From a virus, in the IMG/VR virus record IMGVR_UViG_3300020057_000496, positions 32,001-96,000 of that record: a stretch of DNA of 64,000 nucleotides; one strand, written 5' to 3'. This document shows positions 9,681 to 18,492 of the stretch, one piece after another. A model generated the notes under the pieces. It was given only the letters and a program-made list of their open reading frames with translations. It was not told where the DNA came from and did not search any database. Within the stretch, counting starts at the first letter, position 1; every line of letters starts with the position of its first letter. The position numbers were made by a program, and so were the translations under genes.

Positions 9681-9753
9681 GGTCCCATAGTTTAACAGGT
9701 TAAAACGGGCTCCTTATAAGAGCTTGACGTACGTTCAAGTCGTACTGGGACCA
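9681..9753 (+). tRNA. tRNA-Ile (anticodon UAU), CCA not encoded
   Basis: acceptor GGTCCCA/TGGGACC, D arm GTTT/AAAC, anticodon arm GGCTC-CTTATAA-GAGCT, T arm GTACG-TTCAAGT-CGTAC; followed by CCT. Confidence 0.9.
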
Positions 9754-10030
9754 CCTACCTATTAACGAAGGACTTAACTGTGGCGATTTCTAAACGTAGA
9801 CTTGGTTGTAAGTGCACCTGCCATACCAATAATTGGCGGCTGTCGGGGTACAGGAGCCATGCTGACTGCTTGAACTGTACGAGCTTCCTGCGCTTCGAAC
9901 CTAAAGTGCGGAAATTCCTTGAGCGAACCTTCAAGCCGAGCGTCGCCCCGATCCTTGGTCGCTCAACACTCCCGACCTTCAAACGGTCCCGAACGGTCCC
10001 GAACTCCTGCGCTTAGCCACGCATTCCTCC

Positions 10031-10059
10031 TTGCTGGAGGTTCGAAAAGGTGATAGCAT
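10031..10059 (+). promoter_or_regulatory. sigma70-like promoter
   Basis: TTGCTG-N17-TAGCAT. Confidence 0.45.
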
Positions 10060-10190
10060 GAGACGTTCCGTGGGACTGCGGCTCGGTCAACGAGCCGGGT
10101 CTCCTGGATCGATCGGGAGGTCGCTGCGTCCGTAATTATGCTGGCGTGGTACGGCCGGGCTGCTCACTCGCACGCCCGGTCGTCTCCTTT
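10060..10190 (+). ncRNA. candidate small structured RNA
   Basis: hairpins cggctcg/cgagccg, ctcctg/cgggag and acggccgggc/gcccggtcgt, followed by a T tract. Confidence 0.35.
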
Positions 10191-10219
10191 TCTGGACTAT
10201 AACTGAATCGGGGTGTGGT

Positions 10220-10456
10220 GTGGGCGCAATTTTAGTCGCTTCGTGTCTCTGTCAGAATGCGTACCAGGACGGCCTTTATGGTCGCGGGAAGCGGCTGTTC
10301 AATCTCAAGTTCGACAAGGCCAAGGGGTCACTGTGTACCGTCTGCGGCAAGTCCGGGCCAGGCGTGGCCGTCCGTGAGGTTGCCACGAAAATCAAGCAGG
10401 CGAAGAAGGAAGAGCCGAAGGACAAGTCCGGTAAGAAGGGCAAGAAGGCAAAGTAA
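10220..10456 (+). CDS. small Zn-ribbon protein with Lys-rich tail
   Basis: CxC...CTVC; basic C-terminus. Confidence 0.6.
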   Translation: MGAILVASCLCQNAYQDGLYGRGKRLFNLKFDKAKGSLCTVCGKSGPGVAVREVATKIKQAKKEEPKDKSGKKGKKAK

Positions 10457-10528
10457 GCCAGTTCCTTCGTCGTCAATGCTCTATACTTTTTCCTTTTACT
10501 TCAACGACGAGTCCAGGCGGGCTATTCG

Positions 10529-10835
10529 TTCAAGTCGGAACTAGCCGGTGTTGAGCTGATCGAAGTCAACCCGGCGTACACGTCGCAACGCTGCTACTCC
10601 TGTGGCCACACGTGCGCATCGAATCGCGAGAACCAAGCGGAATTTCGTTGCGTGTCGTGCGGCCACGAAGCGAACGCGGACATCAACGCGGCGAAGAATA
10701 TCCTTGCGGCAGGACATGCCGTCAATGCGCGTGGAGGCACACGGGTGCCGTTGAAGCGCGAACCTACTCGGGAGGTACGCCGTGCCGCGTAACTTCCGAG
10801 GAATCCTCGTCCCTTCAGGGCGGGGAGGATGTCAA
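10529..10835 (+). mobile_element. tnpB: 5'-truncated tnpB (C-terminal ~88 codons) plus IS605 right end / omegaRNA region
   Basis: frame reads FKSELAGVELIEVNPAYTSQRCYSCGH...CVSCGHEANADINAAKNIL...* (stop 10790-10792), no start codon; followed by GGAATCCTCGTCCCTTCAGGGCGGGGAGGATGTCAA. Confidence 0.85.
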
Positions 10836-10859
10836 AACGTAGCCAGGCTGGCTAGCCTA

Positions 10860-11690
10860 GGGACAGGACAGAGCGCGGCGACGCCGCTCGTCTTAGGGTG
10901 GGGGGACCTTACGTCCGGGTTCCCCCACCCCACCCCGGCCGTTGCCGGGCACCGACCAAGGCAGGCCCGAAAAGCCTACTGTTTCGGGCACGGTGCAAGT
11001 TACCACACTCTCTTGCATTTACAGGGACGCCAGAACCAAGATCTTACCCCTCCCGAGAGGGGGACCAGCCGCTTCCTGCCCGACTTCCACCCCACCGTCG
11101 GGTATCGTCGGTCCCGGACAGCGCAAAAAGCCTAGTGTTTACGGGTGCGAGCTTAGTTACCACACTCTCTTGCATTCCCCTCTTGCAAGGTAGTGTGGTA
11201 ACTTTGCTCTCCCCTTATTCTAGGGCTCAACCGACCAAAGCGGGGAGTCCGAGGAGTCGAACCTGAGGCACCCCAGCCGCTCGGTTAGCCCGGCAGTCAC
11301 AAGGTGCCATGGGACGGGGAGCCCGGTACCCCAGCCTTGAACTATACCGAGGTAGCCGGGGTGCGTGACGGTCTCTCTCCATCCCGGCCCCACGCGCAAA
11401 GGAACCCAGAAGATTCGCGTCATCGTTTTCTCCGTAACGCTTGGCTGTGTCTCGGTCTGATCACGGGGCCAGTTCTGGCATAACACGGGTCGGTATAAGC
11501 AAGGCCCCGCTTGCCTGATTTTACCAGCCGATGGTTATGCTGCCTTAACAGTGAAGCTACTTCGCGACGGCAATCTACACAGATGTTTCCATAGACCTGT
11601 CCCCGTCCGAACGGCGTCGTAAAGACAGGGGTCAGAGGTCCACGTATTTTCTAACGGGCCAGATGGACGTGCAGTTGATAGACGACGTGT
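10860..11690. ncRNA. long hairpin-dense non-coding tract (candidate large structured RNA)
   Basis: more than 12 visible stems and no credible ORF. Confidence 0.4.
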
Positions 11691-11707
11691 CGCCCAGTGC
11701 GTAACTC

Positions 11708-11736
11708 TTGACTCTTCCGCATAGACCAAGTACCCT
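11708..11736 (+). promoter_or_regulatory. sigma70-like promoter of tnpB
   Basis: TTGACT-N17-TACCCT, 9 nt before the GTG start. Confidence 0.5.
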
Positions 11737-11745
11737 CGGCCTGTC

Positions 11746-12792
11746 GTGGTACTTACGTTTCGCTACCGTGTCAAGAAGCCCGGTGTGCTCCCCGCGAAAG
11801 CGCGCGCCGTCAACTTCGTCTGGAACTACTGCGGCGACGTGCAGAATCAGGCACGACGCTGGGCGCGACGCTGGCCCAGCGGCTTTGACCTCTGCAAGCT
11901 CGCCGCTGGATCGACGCGACTGCTCGAACTGCACTCCGACACCGTGCAGGACATCGCCAGGCACTTCGCTCGCTCGCGCGACACGAAGCGCCGTCGGCCA
12001 CGATGGCGCGCCTCGCAGGGGTCTAAGCGTGCGCTCGGCTGGGTTCCCTTCCAGTCCGCGCGTGCCATCCATCTCGACCAAAGCGGCGTGACCTACCTCG
12101 GGACTCGCTACCGACTCTGGATGCATCGCCCAGTCGAGGGCCGCGTGCTCTCTGGGTCGTTCAGTGAAGATGCGCGCGGTCGGTGGTACCTGAACCTGCA
12201 GTGCGAAGTCGAGCCCGCTGCCGCGCGCGCTGGCGAAAGTGTCGGCATCGACCTCGGGCTGAAGACGTTCGCCACGATGTCCAACGGCGAGACGATCGAG
12301 AACCCCCGACACTACCGTCGCGAGGAAGCCGCACTCGCCATCGCGCAGCGGGCTGGTCACAAGCAGCGAGCGAAGGCGATCAACGCCAAGATTTCCAATC
12401 GAAGGAAGCACGACCTGCATGTCGCCTCGCGGCGACTGGTCGATCGCTTCGCCACTATCGTTGTCGGCAACGTGAACGCCGCCAGTCTCGCCAGGACTCC
12501 GCTCGCAAAGAGCGTGCTCGACGCTGGCTGGTCGATGTTCCGTGGGATGCTCCGCTACAAAGCCAACAGGCACGGCGTGACCTACGTAGAGGCTGACGAG
12601 CGATTTTCGACGCAGACCTGTTCCGAGTGCGGAAGCCTCGGCGGCCCGAGAGGGCTGGAGGGTCTCGCAGTAAGGGAATGGGTGTGCGAGCACTGCGCTG
12701 CGGTCCACGACCGCGACGTCAATGCCGCTCGAAATATCCTGTTCTCGGGGCAGAACGTTGTCCTCCACTTGACGGAAAGCCCCAGCCTTTAG
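11746..12792 (+). CDS. tnpB: TnpB RNA-guided nuclease (IS200/IS605), rearranged RuvC-II
   Basis: VGIDLGLK, IVVGNV, ADERFSTQTCSEC, CEHC, HDRDVNAARNI; no tnpA adjacent. Confidence 0.95.
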   Translation: MVLTFRYRVKKPGVLPAKARAVNFVWNYCGDVQNQARRWARRWPSGFDLCKLAAGSTRLLELHSDTVQDIARHFARSRDTKRRRPRWRASQGSKRALGWVPFQSARAIHLDQSGVTYLGTRYRLWMHRPVEGRVLSGSFSEDARGRWYLNLQCEVEPAAARAGESVGIDLGLKTFATMSNGETIENPRHYRREEAALAIAQRAGHKQRAKAINAKISNRRKHDLHVASRRLVDRFATIVVGNVNAASLARTPLAKSVLDAGWSMFRGMLRYKANRHGVTYVEADERFSTQTCSECGSLGGPRGLEGLAVREWVCEHCAAVHDRDVNAARNILFSGQNVVLHLTESPSL

Positions 12793-12809
12793 GCCGGGGA
12801 AGACGTTAC
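12750..12809 (+). mobile_element. IS605-type right end hairpin (omegaRNA 3' end)
   Basis: GGAAAGCCCCAGCCTTTAGGCCGGGGAAGACGTTAC. Confidence 0.8.
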
Positions 12810-13252
12810 CTGGGCATCCTTCGCGAAACATCTGCCGTTGCCTCAGGTAACAATGGCGGACTGAAACTCGTATCTAACTGGGTACTCAGCGCGCTTGCTG
12901 TGTCGCCGATATTAACGGCATAGTCCTTTATTAACTGACATAGGCAAGAATTCGAAGGCAGAGGCCAGCGATCGGCCAGCCAGCTAAGGATTTCGAAACG
13001 AATATCTAAACGGACATCACGCAGCCGTTTCATTCGTCAGGCCACGTTCGCTGGTCAGTATAATTACGCCAGAACGTACGCCGACAGTGATCGACGAGTT
13101 CGCCTAGTTCTTGACAGACGCACCCTTCCTGGATTAACTCCTGACCCCTGAGGAATTCGTTACAGTCCTCTCTTAAGAGAATGGTGATTTCCTTAGTTTT
13201 CTGCATAGTTTACCACTCGGACTCCATAGGCCCTTCATGTTTGAGCGAATAG

Positions 13253-14131
13253 TTAGGCTTCGTACCAGTAGGAAAGAACGGGGTCCGCCTCGCATTCCGC
13301 CGGAGTGTTAAGTACGGCCTGCCACTTCCGAGCCGCCTGGGCGGTCCGTAAGTCCTCGTGGACCGGCTCGATATAGAGTGGCTGTTCCCCGGTCTGGAGC
13401 TTTGGGGACTGCTTCCGTAGCCATTTTAGGTCAACCCCGGCTATTGCCGACTTCAGAAGTTCGTAGGTGAGGGAAGTCGAAGGATCAGTCCAGACATTGA
13501 CGGTGACAGCGCCCAGAAGGTTGACAACGTGGTCCCAGCCGACGATCTCGCCGAAGGCGCGGCGGACTTCTGTGTCGGTGATCGCGGCGTAGTCCTCCTT
13601 GGTATACGACTTGGCGTCTTCCGCCATACGCTTCGAGATCCAGGTGCCGTGCCAAGCGTAGGCCATTTCCCCGTTCTCCCAGAGCACGGCGGGACCCCCG
13701 GCGGCGTGCGCGCGGCCTTCGTCGTCCATGCTTAACTTGGGCATCTTGATCACGATCGCCGCCTCGTCCAGCAGGATCATGCCCCACGCACACCGGATGA
13801 ATTCACGTAGGTTCCGGACGTGTTCGACATTGGGTCCCAGGTCAGTGCCGATGCGTTCAAGGAAGTCGTAGCAGGCGACCCACCCCGAATCGGGGATACC
13901 ACACCAGTCTATGCTGACCTGTTTCGCGCCGGTCAATTCGGTCGCTAGGTCTAGCGCGACCTGAGTGGACGGCACTACCTCGATACGCTCAGGGCAAGTA
14001 GCGCCGTACAGCGAATACGCGGACACTAGCCACGCCTTGACAGTATCCATGTCGAAGGGGTTAGGGTTGCGAATGAAATGGTGGTATTCCTGTACCATCT
14101 CGCCTATGAGGGCCTTGTGCTCGTCAGTCAT
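13253..14131 (-). CDS. DUF6745-domain protein
   Basis: GRAHAAGGPAVLWENG..YAWHG, DTEVRR, YIEPVH..TAQAA motifs. Confidence 0.75.
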   Translation of the reverse strand: MTDEHKALIGEMVQEYHHFIRNPNPFDMDTVKAWLVSAYSLYGATCPERIEVVPSTQVALDLATELTGAKQVSIDWCGIPDSGWVACYDFLERIGTDLGPNVEHVRNLREFIRCAWGMILLDEAAIVIKMPKLSMDDEGRAHAAGGPAVLWENGEMAYAWHGTWISKRMAEDAKSYTKEDYAAITDTEVRRAFGEIVGWDHVVNLLGAVTVNVWTDPSTSLTYELLKSAIAGVDLKWLRKQSPKLQTGEQPLYIEPVHEDLRTAQAARKWQAVLNTPAECEADPVLSYWYEA

Positions 14132-14154
14132 TTTTTGATCCTCTCTCCGTCTAT

Positions 14155-14445
14155 TCAGTCTTCGACTGCGCGGTCCTGGCCATCGCCGCGCTCTCGTAAC
14201 GGGCGGACGGCGTAATCGCCGGGCTCCAGCGGAACGGCGTCGTGCCTACCGGCGTGCGCGAGGGAGGTTGGTACCGCGACGCGGAAGGAAGTAACCTCGC
14301 TGTCCTTCCGGAACTCACAGGCCCCAACGACCGTATGCGGCGCAGAAAGATGACCGGCGACCACCAGGTCAACGGCCGGCGTTAGATCGCCCGTGATCCT
14401 ACGACGCTCAACGACACAGTCGCCCTGTCGTGCGTAAACTTCCAT
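14155..14445 (-). CDS. small partner protein of DUF6745 gene
   Basis: RQGD start, H..HTV, H..H..L.PG.Y pattern; SD aaggag. Confidence 0.7.
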   Translation of the reverse strand: MEVYARQGDCVVERRRITGDLTPAVDLVVAGHLSAPHTVVGACEFRKDSEVTSFRVAVPTSLAHAGRHDAVPLEPGDYAVRPLRERGDGQDRAVED

Positions 14446-15069
14446 TTTACTCTCCTTTAGGGAACCTGTCTAGGCCAATAGTGGTGGTTCGGCGTTACTT
14501 ACTTCATGCCCTGCCTTCATTACATGTATCGAAGTACGACACTTTATCAAGTGACCACCGTATAGGTCGGTAATGTCGCGGTAGCTCAAGTGGTTATAAA
14601 AGATGCGGTGTAGACACCTAGTCCCTTTGCTAGATGGTTATAGACTTCTAGATACACCCTTGCCGTCAATTGGTAGTGGCCGTACTGTACGGACATTTTT
14701 CTACTAACCGAGATAGCTGGAGTGATGAGCCGTCGCATTCAATTCGGATAACCCCGCAAAGGATAACCTTGTAAAAAAACGCGGGTGTCGTAACTGCCGA
14801 TTAAATTCATATAGATAGGCGGGCGCTACTAATGACGTTGCTTCGGTGAGTTTATGACGTATTTCAAGGGGAAAATCCGGAAAGTTCTCTACGGCAGATA
14901 GTCTATTCATGGTGGCACCTGCCCCATCTTAGGTATCGAAAGATGTCCAAGATAGTGATGGTTGCTTGCGAGAATAGGTGGTCCGTGTAAAATGGGGACT
15001 CGATTCCGTTGCCCGTAAGTATCTCCTTGAACCATGGTTTGCACCTGCTCCGATGCGTAAGGCGTTGCA

Positions 15070-15285
15070 CTACCCGGCCTCGTTGTTGTCTCGCCAGTAT
15101 ATCTTCCGTATCGCCACGGACGCCTCCTCGCACGTGGTGATCGTGTTCTCGATGATTAAACGGTCGGCCGCCGTGTGAGTCCCTGACAGGGCGTGGTGTA
15201 GTGCGCTTGTTAGAACAGTCGCATTCCGGGCGAGGAGTGAGAATGCTTTCAGCAAGTCCTCGGACACAACAATAGGTTCAGACAT
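15070..15285 (-). CDS. hypothetical protein
   Basis: 71 aa ORF overlapping upstream gene. Confidence 0.5.
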   Translation of the reverse strand: MSEPIVVSEDLLKAFSLLARNATVLTSALHHALSGTHTAADRLIIENTITTCEEASVAIRKIYWRDNNEAG

Positions 15286-15640
15286 TGCGGCAGTTCCCCC
15301 ATTGCTCTATTGAGCCGTCTATGCCGAGACGTAAGTACTCGACACGTAGAGATTGAGACACCTGCGCCGGTGTCCACTTATAGTTCGGTATCGAAGCACC
15401 GACACGGTATCGAAGCATCGACACCTCACCCTTGGCCGGCTCGTGTTCTAGAAATGTTCCTTCAACCAGTACGCGTCCATTACGCGGACGTAGCTTGGCG
15501 TCACGTAAGAGGACGACCGGAACACTGCCCAGTAACTCGTCCTTAACGTAGTCGGTGAGTACCCACAACTCACCCTTACGGCGGACCTTCACCCGTTGTC
15601 CCAGTAGCAAGTACGCACCCCTAGCTAATTGGCTCAGCAT
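15278..15640 (-). CDS. hypothetical protein
   Basis: 120 aa ORF. Confidence 0.55.
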   Translation of the reverse strand: MLSQLARGAYLLLGQRVKVRRKGELWVLTDYVKDELLGSVPVVLLRDAKLRPRNGRVLVEGTFLEHEPAKGEVSMLRYRVGASIPNYKWTPAQVSQSLRVEYLRLGIDGSIEQWGNCRNV

Positions 15641-15751
15641 ACCCTATACCCCCCCATGAAAACAGTCAAGGAGAATCTGTTTTTTCTGTAAAGACATGGA
15701 CTTACGCCGGTCGGAAAATGGACTGCCTGTTCTGGCGACCCCTGTGTACGA

Positions 15752-15991
15752 CTAACGCCGCGAACCCCGGCGGCGTGGTCGCCGGTGGACAGGTCGTCCC
15801 GGCGCGCCGGACGCGAATTTAGACATCTTCCCGCCGCGCCCGTGGCCGACATGGAAGCGCCCGCATTCCCGGCAGTGGTATGCTCGGACGTTTGTCTCGC
15901 CGGTCTGGCTACGCTTGAGTCGCATCGCAAGTACGTGCGCGTCGTCACGCGTGAGGAAAATTCGCTTACCGTCACAAATCAAGGTGTCCAT
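15752..15991 (-). CDS. small Zn-binding basic phage protein
   Basis: C.GK..F...RAYHCRECGRFHV; SD aagga. Confidence 0.65.
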   Translation of the reverse strand: MDTLICDGKRIFLTRDDAHVLAMRLKRSQTGETNVRAYHCRECGRFHVGHGRGGKMSKFASGAPGRPVHRRPRRRGSRR

Positions 15992-16074
15992 CCTTTTCGT
16001 GTACGGCGAGAAACATATCCGTGTACGTCAAGCTCCTAGAGCATCGCGAGCATTATTATTGAATATAGAACTCA

Positions 16075-16392
16075 TTACTGGCGGGAATAATGGTTCGTCC
16101 GCATCTCTTTAATTAGGCAATCGAAAGTACAAAGTTCAGAGACCTTACCAGTATCAACAAGTAGTCGATCAGACTTGAATTCAGTATCTTCAATGAATGG
16201 CGACTCGCCATACGCGACACAAATAGTAACATCACAGTCATAGTTAGAGAAGTACAGTGATTCAATGTCAGCTAGTTTACCAACGATCATTGGTCCATTC
16301 AAATACTTCCTGAGGGCAAACCATGAAACAAGTTGATTATCTGTCTCAGTTCTACCGCAACTATCGCACTTGTGAGCATCAATTTTAGCCAC
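16075..16392 (-). CDS. Zn-binding hypothetical protein in AT-rich insert
   Basis: CDSC ... CTFDC; SD aaggag. Confidence 0.65.
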   Translation of the reverse strand: MAKIDAHKCDSCGRTETDNQLVSWFALRKYLNGPMIVGKLADIESLYFSNYDCDVTICVAYGESPFIEDTEFKSDRLLVDTGKVSELCTFDCLIKEMRTNHYSRQ

Positions 16393-16686
16393 TAAGATTC
16401 TCCTTAAGTGGTTCAGTCAAAGGCTCAATACCATACAAATTACGGAGGACGTTCTCTGGCGAACCACCTGCTTCATTAAGAATATTCTTAGAAGCAGCTT
16501 TCTTAGTTTTATTACGGTTTACATCTCTAAGATCGTCCAAAAGAACCAACCACTTACCCTCTGAGCTATGGTATTAATGAGCCGAAAAATGGTCTGGATT
16601 ATCATAGTAAAAATCTAGTTTTTTGACTCCTGGTATCTCAAGTCTATCTACATACTCCTTGAACTTAAGATATCTCCGATCTTTAC

Positions 16687-17772
16687 CTACTCCGAACGGA
16701 AGATACTCCTTAGCTCTGCTTGGTACCTCACCTCGACATCTTCGCGGATAGGGTGTCCTTCGAACTTGACGGCCGACAGTCTAGGCAGGGCGGTTCGAAG
16801 AAAGGATGTCAATTGATTGTCGAGTACATATTCGTGTACGGCGAGAAACATATCCGTGTACGTCCTGGTTTGTTTCCAGCATGACAATAAATCGACTTCA
16901 GTGAAGTTCTCGGCGTGCTGGACCCATTCGGCAATAGTCTTGTAGCGCCCGATGTCCGACTTAGAATACCCCAGCCTAGTACCGAACGCCTCGATTGCCG
17001 CCCGATCCAGGAGAGACAAGAGGCAACCGATACGTACGTCGAGCGGTACCAGTGCTGCTGCGGCGACGGCCAGGAGCGGCAGTGCCCCATGAGTAACTTC
17101 CGGAAACCACCAACTCAGACAGTCGGCGTCATGAAGGGACAAGAAGAATTCACTTGCCCCACGCGCCGTCATCGCCCGGTGGAATTCTTCACGCACTCGT
17201 TCGTGCGACAACAGCGGCAACTCCGGCGATGTCCGGCGCATCATCCGGACAGTATCCGGGTGAATCCGGTAGCCGAACGACGCAGCGAACCTGGCGGCGC
17301 GAATGGTCCGGAGTGGGTCCTCCGCGAATGCGTCCGACGTATGCCGGATTAGTCGAGCCTTGATGTCAAGCTCCGCATTGTGTGGGTCAATCAGTCCGTC
17401 ACTCGGGTGATATGCCGCCGAGTTTATGGTCAGGTCGCGTCGGAAGAGATCGGTTCCGAGATCCGCCGCCGGATACCACGCAAAGCCGTGATAGCCTTGG
17501 CCCTGCTTCTTCTCCCCCCGCGCAAGTGCGATCTGGACGCCAGGGAAGCGAGGGTGTTCGAATACGGGGAAATCCGCCTTGATCGGCGTACACCCGGCAG
17601 CCAGTAGATGGTCCAGTCCTCCGACAACCACAGTGTCAATGTCTTTTATCGAACCAACTTCTTCGCCGTTAAGTGCCCGGACAGTATCCCGGACCGCGCC
17701 GCCGACTACGTATACCTTGAGACGGAGGAATACCTCAAGGTCGCGGATGAGTGAATCGAATTGAGTGAACAG
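16687..17772 (-). CDS. cca: tRNA nucleotidyltransferase (CCA-adding / poly(A) polymerase family)
   Basis: YVVGGAVRD..KDID upstream of the called ORF start, DLFRRDLTINS, FAEDPLRTIRAARFAA, ERVREE; probable CTG start at 17772. Confidence 0.9.
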   Translation of the reverse strand: MFTQFDSLIRDLEVFLRLKVYVVGGAVRDTVRALNGEEVGSIKDIDTVVVGGLDHLLAAGCTPIKADFPVFEHPRFPGVQIALARGEKKQGQGYHGFAWYPAADLGTDLFRRDLTINSAAYHPSDGLIDPHNAELDIKARLIRHTSDAFAEDPLRTIRAARFAASFGYRIHPDTVRMMRRTSPELPLLSHERVREEFHRAMTARGASEFFLSLHDADCLSWWFPEVTHGALPLLAVAAAALVPLDVRIGCLLSLLDRAAIEAFGTRLGYSKSDIGRYKTIAEWVQHAENFTEVDLLSCWKQTRTYTDMFLAVHEYVLDNQLTSFLRTALPRLSAVKFEGHPIREDVEVRYQAELRSIFRSE

Positions 17773-17793
17773 CTTAGCCCCCTGTCTCGCGGA

Positions 17794-18030
17794 CTATCTC
17801 CGTAGAGAATGGTCAGTAAGGTACTGGCTAAACAGGTCGTGATGCGTACCCCTGGACCTGCATCTCAGGCAAATCGCACTTACGCCCGTACCGATTAGGG
17901 TTGTGCGGACTTCGTACGCGATTCCATTACCGTAAGACTCCTCGCCGTCGTGGTGGTCCTTGAGGTGTCTCTTGTTCCATTCAACGAAGACGGCCTGCTC
18001 GTGTTTACTTAAATCGAACGTCACTGGCAC
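17794..18030 (-). CDS. hypothetical protein
   Basis: 78 aa ORF. Confidence 0.55.
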   Translation of the reverse strand: MPVTFDLSKHEQAVFVEWNKRHLKDHHDGEESYGNGIAYEVRTTLIGTGVSAICLRCRSRGTHHDLFSQYLTDHSLRR

Positions 18031-18481
18031 TCCGGGCTTGTTCGGCGAGTCGTTCGCAGCTCCGGTGGACGTACGCCAGGTCCTTGTAACCGGCCTCCGG
18101 AAACACGCTCAGGGCGGGCATGCCCGGTGCAAAATCTCCGCCATGGGCTGTGTCGAACCCTAGCCACCAAAAATCGTCGGACTCGCCAGGTTCGGGGACG
18201 TGACAGACGCCGATGTCGGGCCGACACTTATCGGTGTACGTGACCCCTCCATGGACACTTGCGTCAAGACTGTCCTGTTCGTCTTCGCCGTACGCGCCGC
18301 GCCCGTGCCAGGGGTGCAGCGGGGGGACCCCGACGTACCCACACCACGCCCCGATGCCATTCCGGCGTGCGATACAAGGGTAGCCAGTCGGGCTACGCCA
18401 TACCTCGTAGTCTGGCTCCTTGTCCCACTGTCCGGACGGCCATCCGGTGCGGTCAATCACTGGTCGCTTAATTTCTTCCAT
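18005..18481 (-). CDS. conserved hypothetical phage protein
   Basis: WCGYVGVP..HP, VHGGVTY, WWLGFDTAH. Confidence 0.75.
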   Translation of the reverse strand: MEEIKRPVIDRTGWPSGQWDKEPDYEVWRSPTGYPCIARRNGIGAWCGYVGVPPLHPWHGRGAYGEDEQDSLDASVHGGVTYTDKCRPDIGVCHVPEPGESDDFWWLGFDTAHGGDFAPGMPALSVFPEAGYKDLAYVHRSCERLAEQARSASDVRFK

Positions 18482-18492
18482 TGCGTTTGTCC

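Noticed and set aside
11220-12809. IStron (group I intron + tnpB)
   Set aside because: No recognisable P7 R/S core and no interrupted host gene
11632-12831. 399 aa minus-strand ORF
   Set aside because: Antisense shadow of tnpB
17631-18030. Genome-wide TAG reassignment
   Set aside because: Conserved genes (thyX, tnpB at 42207, cca) end at TAG at the expected lengths and no suppressor tRNA is seen
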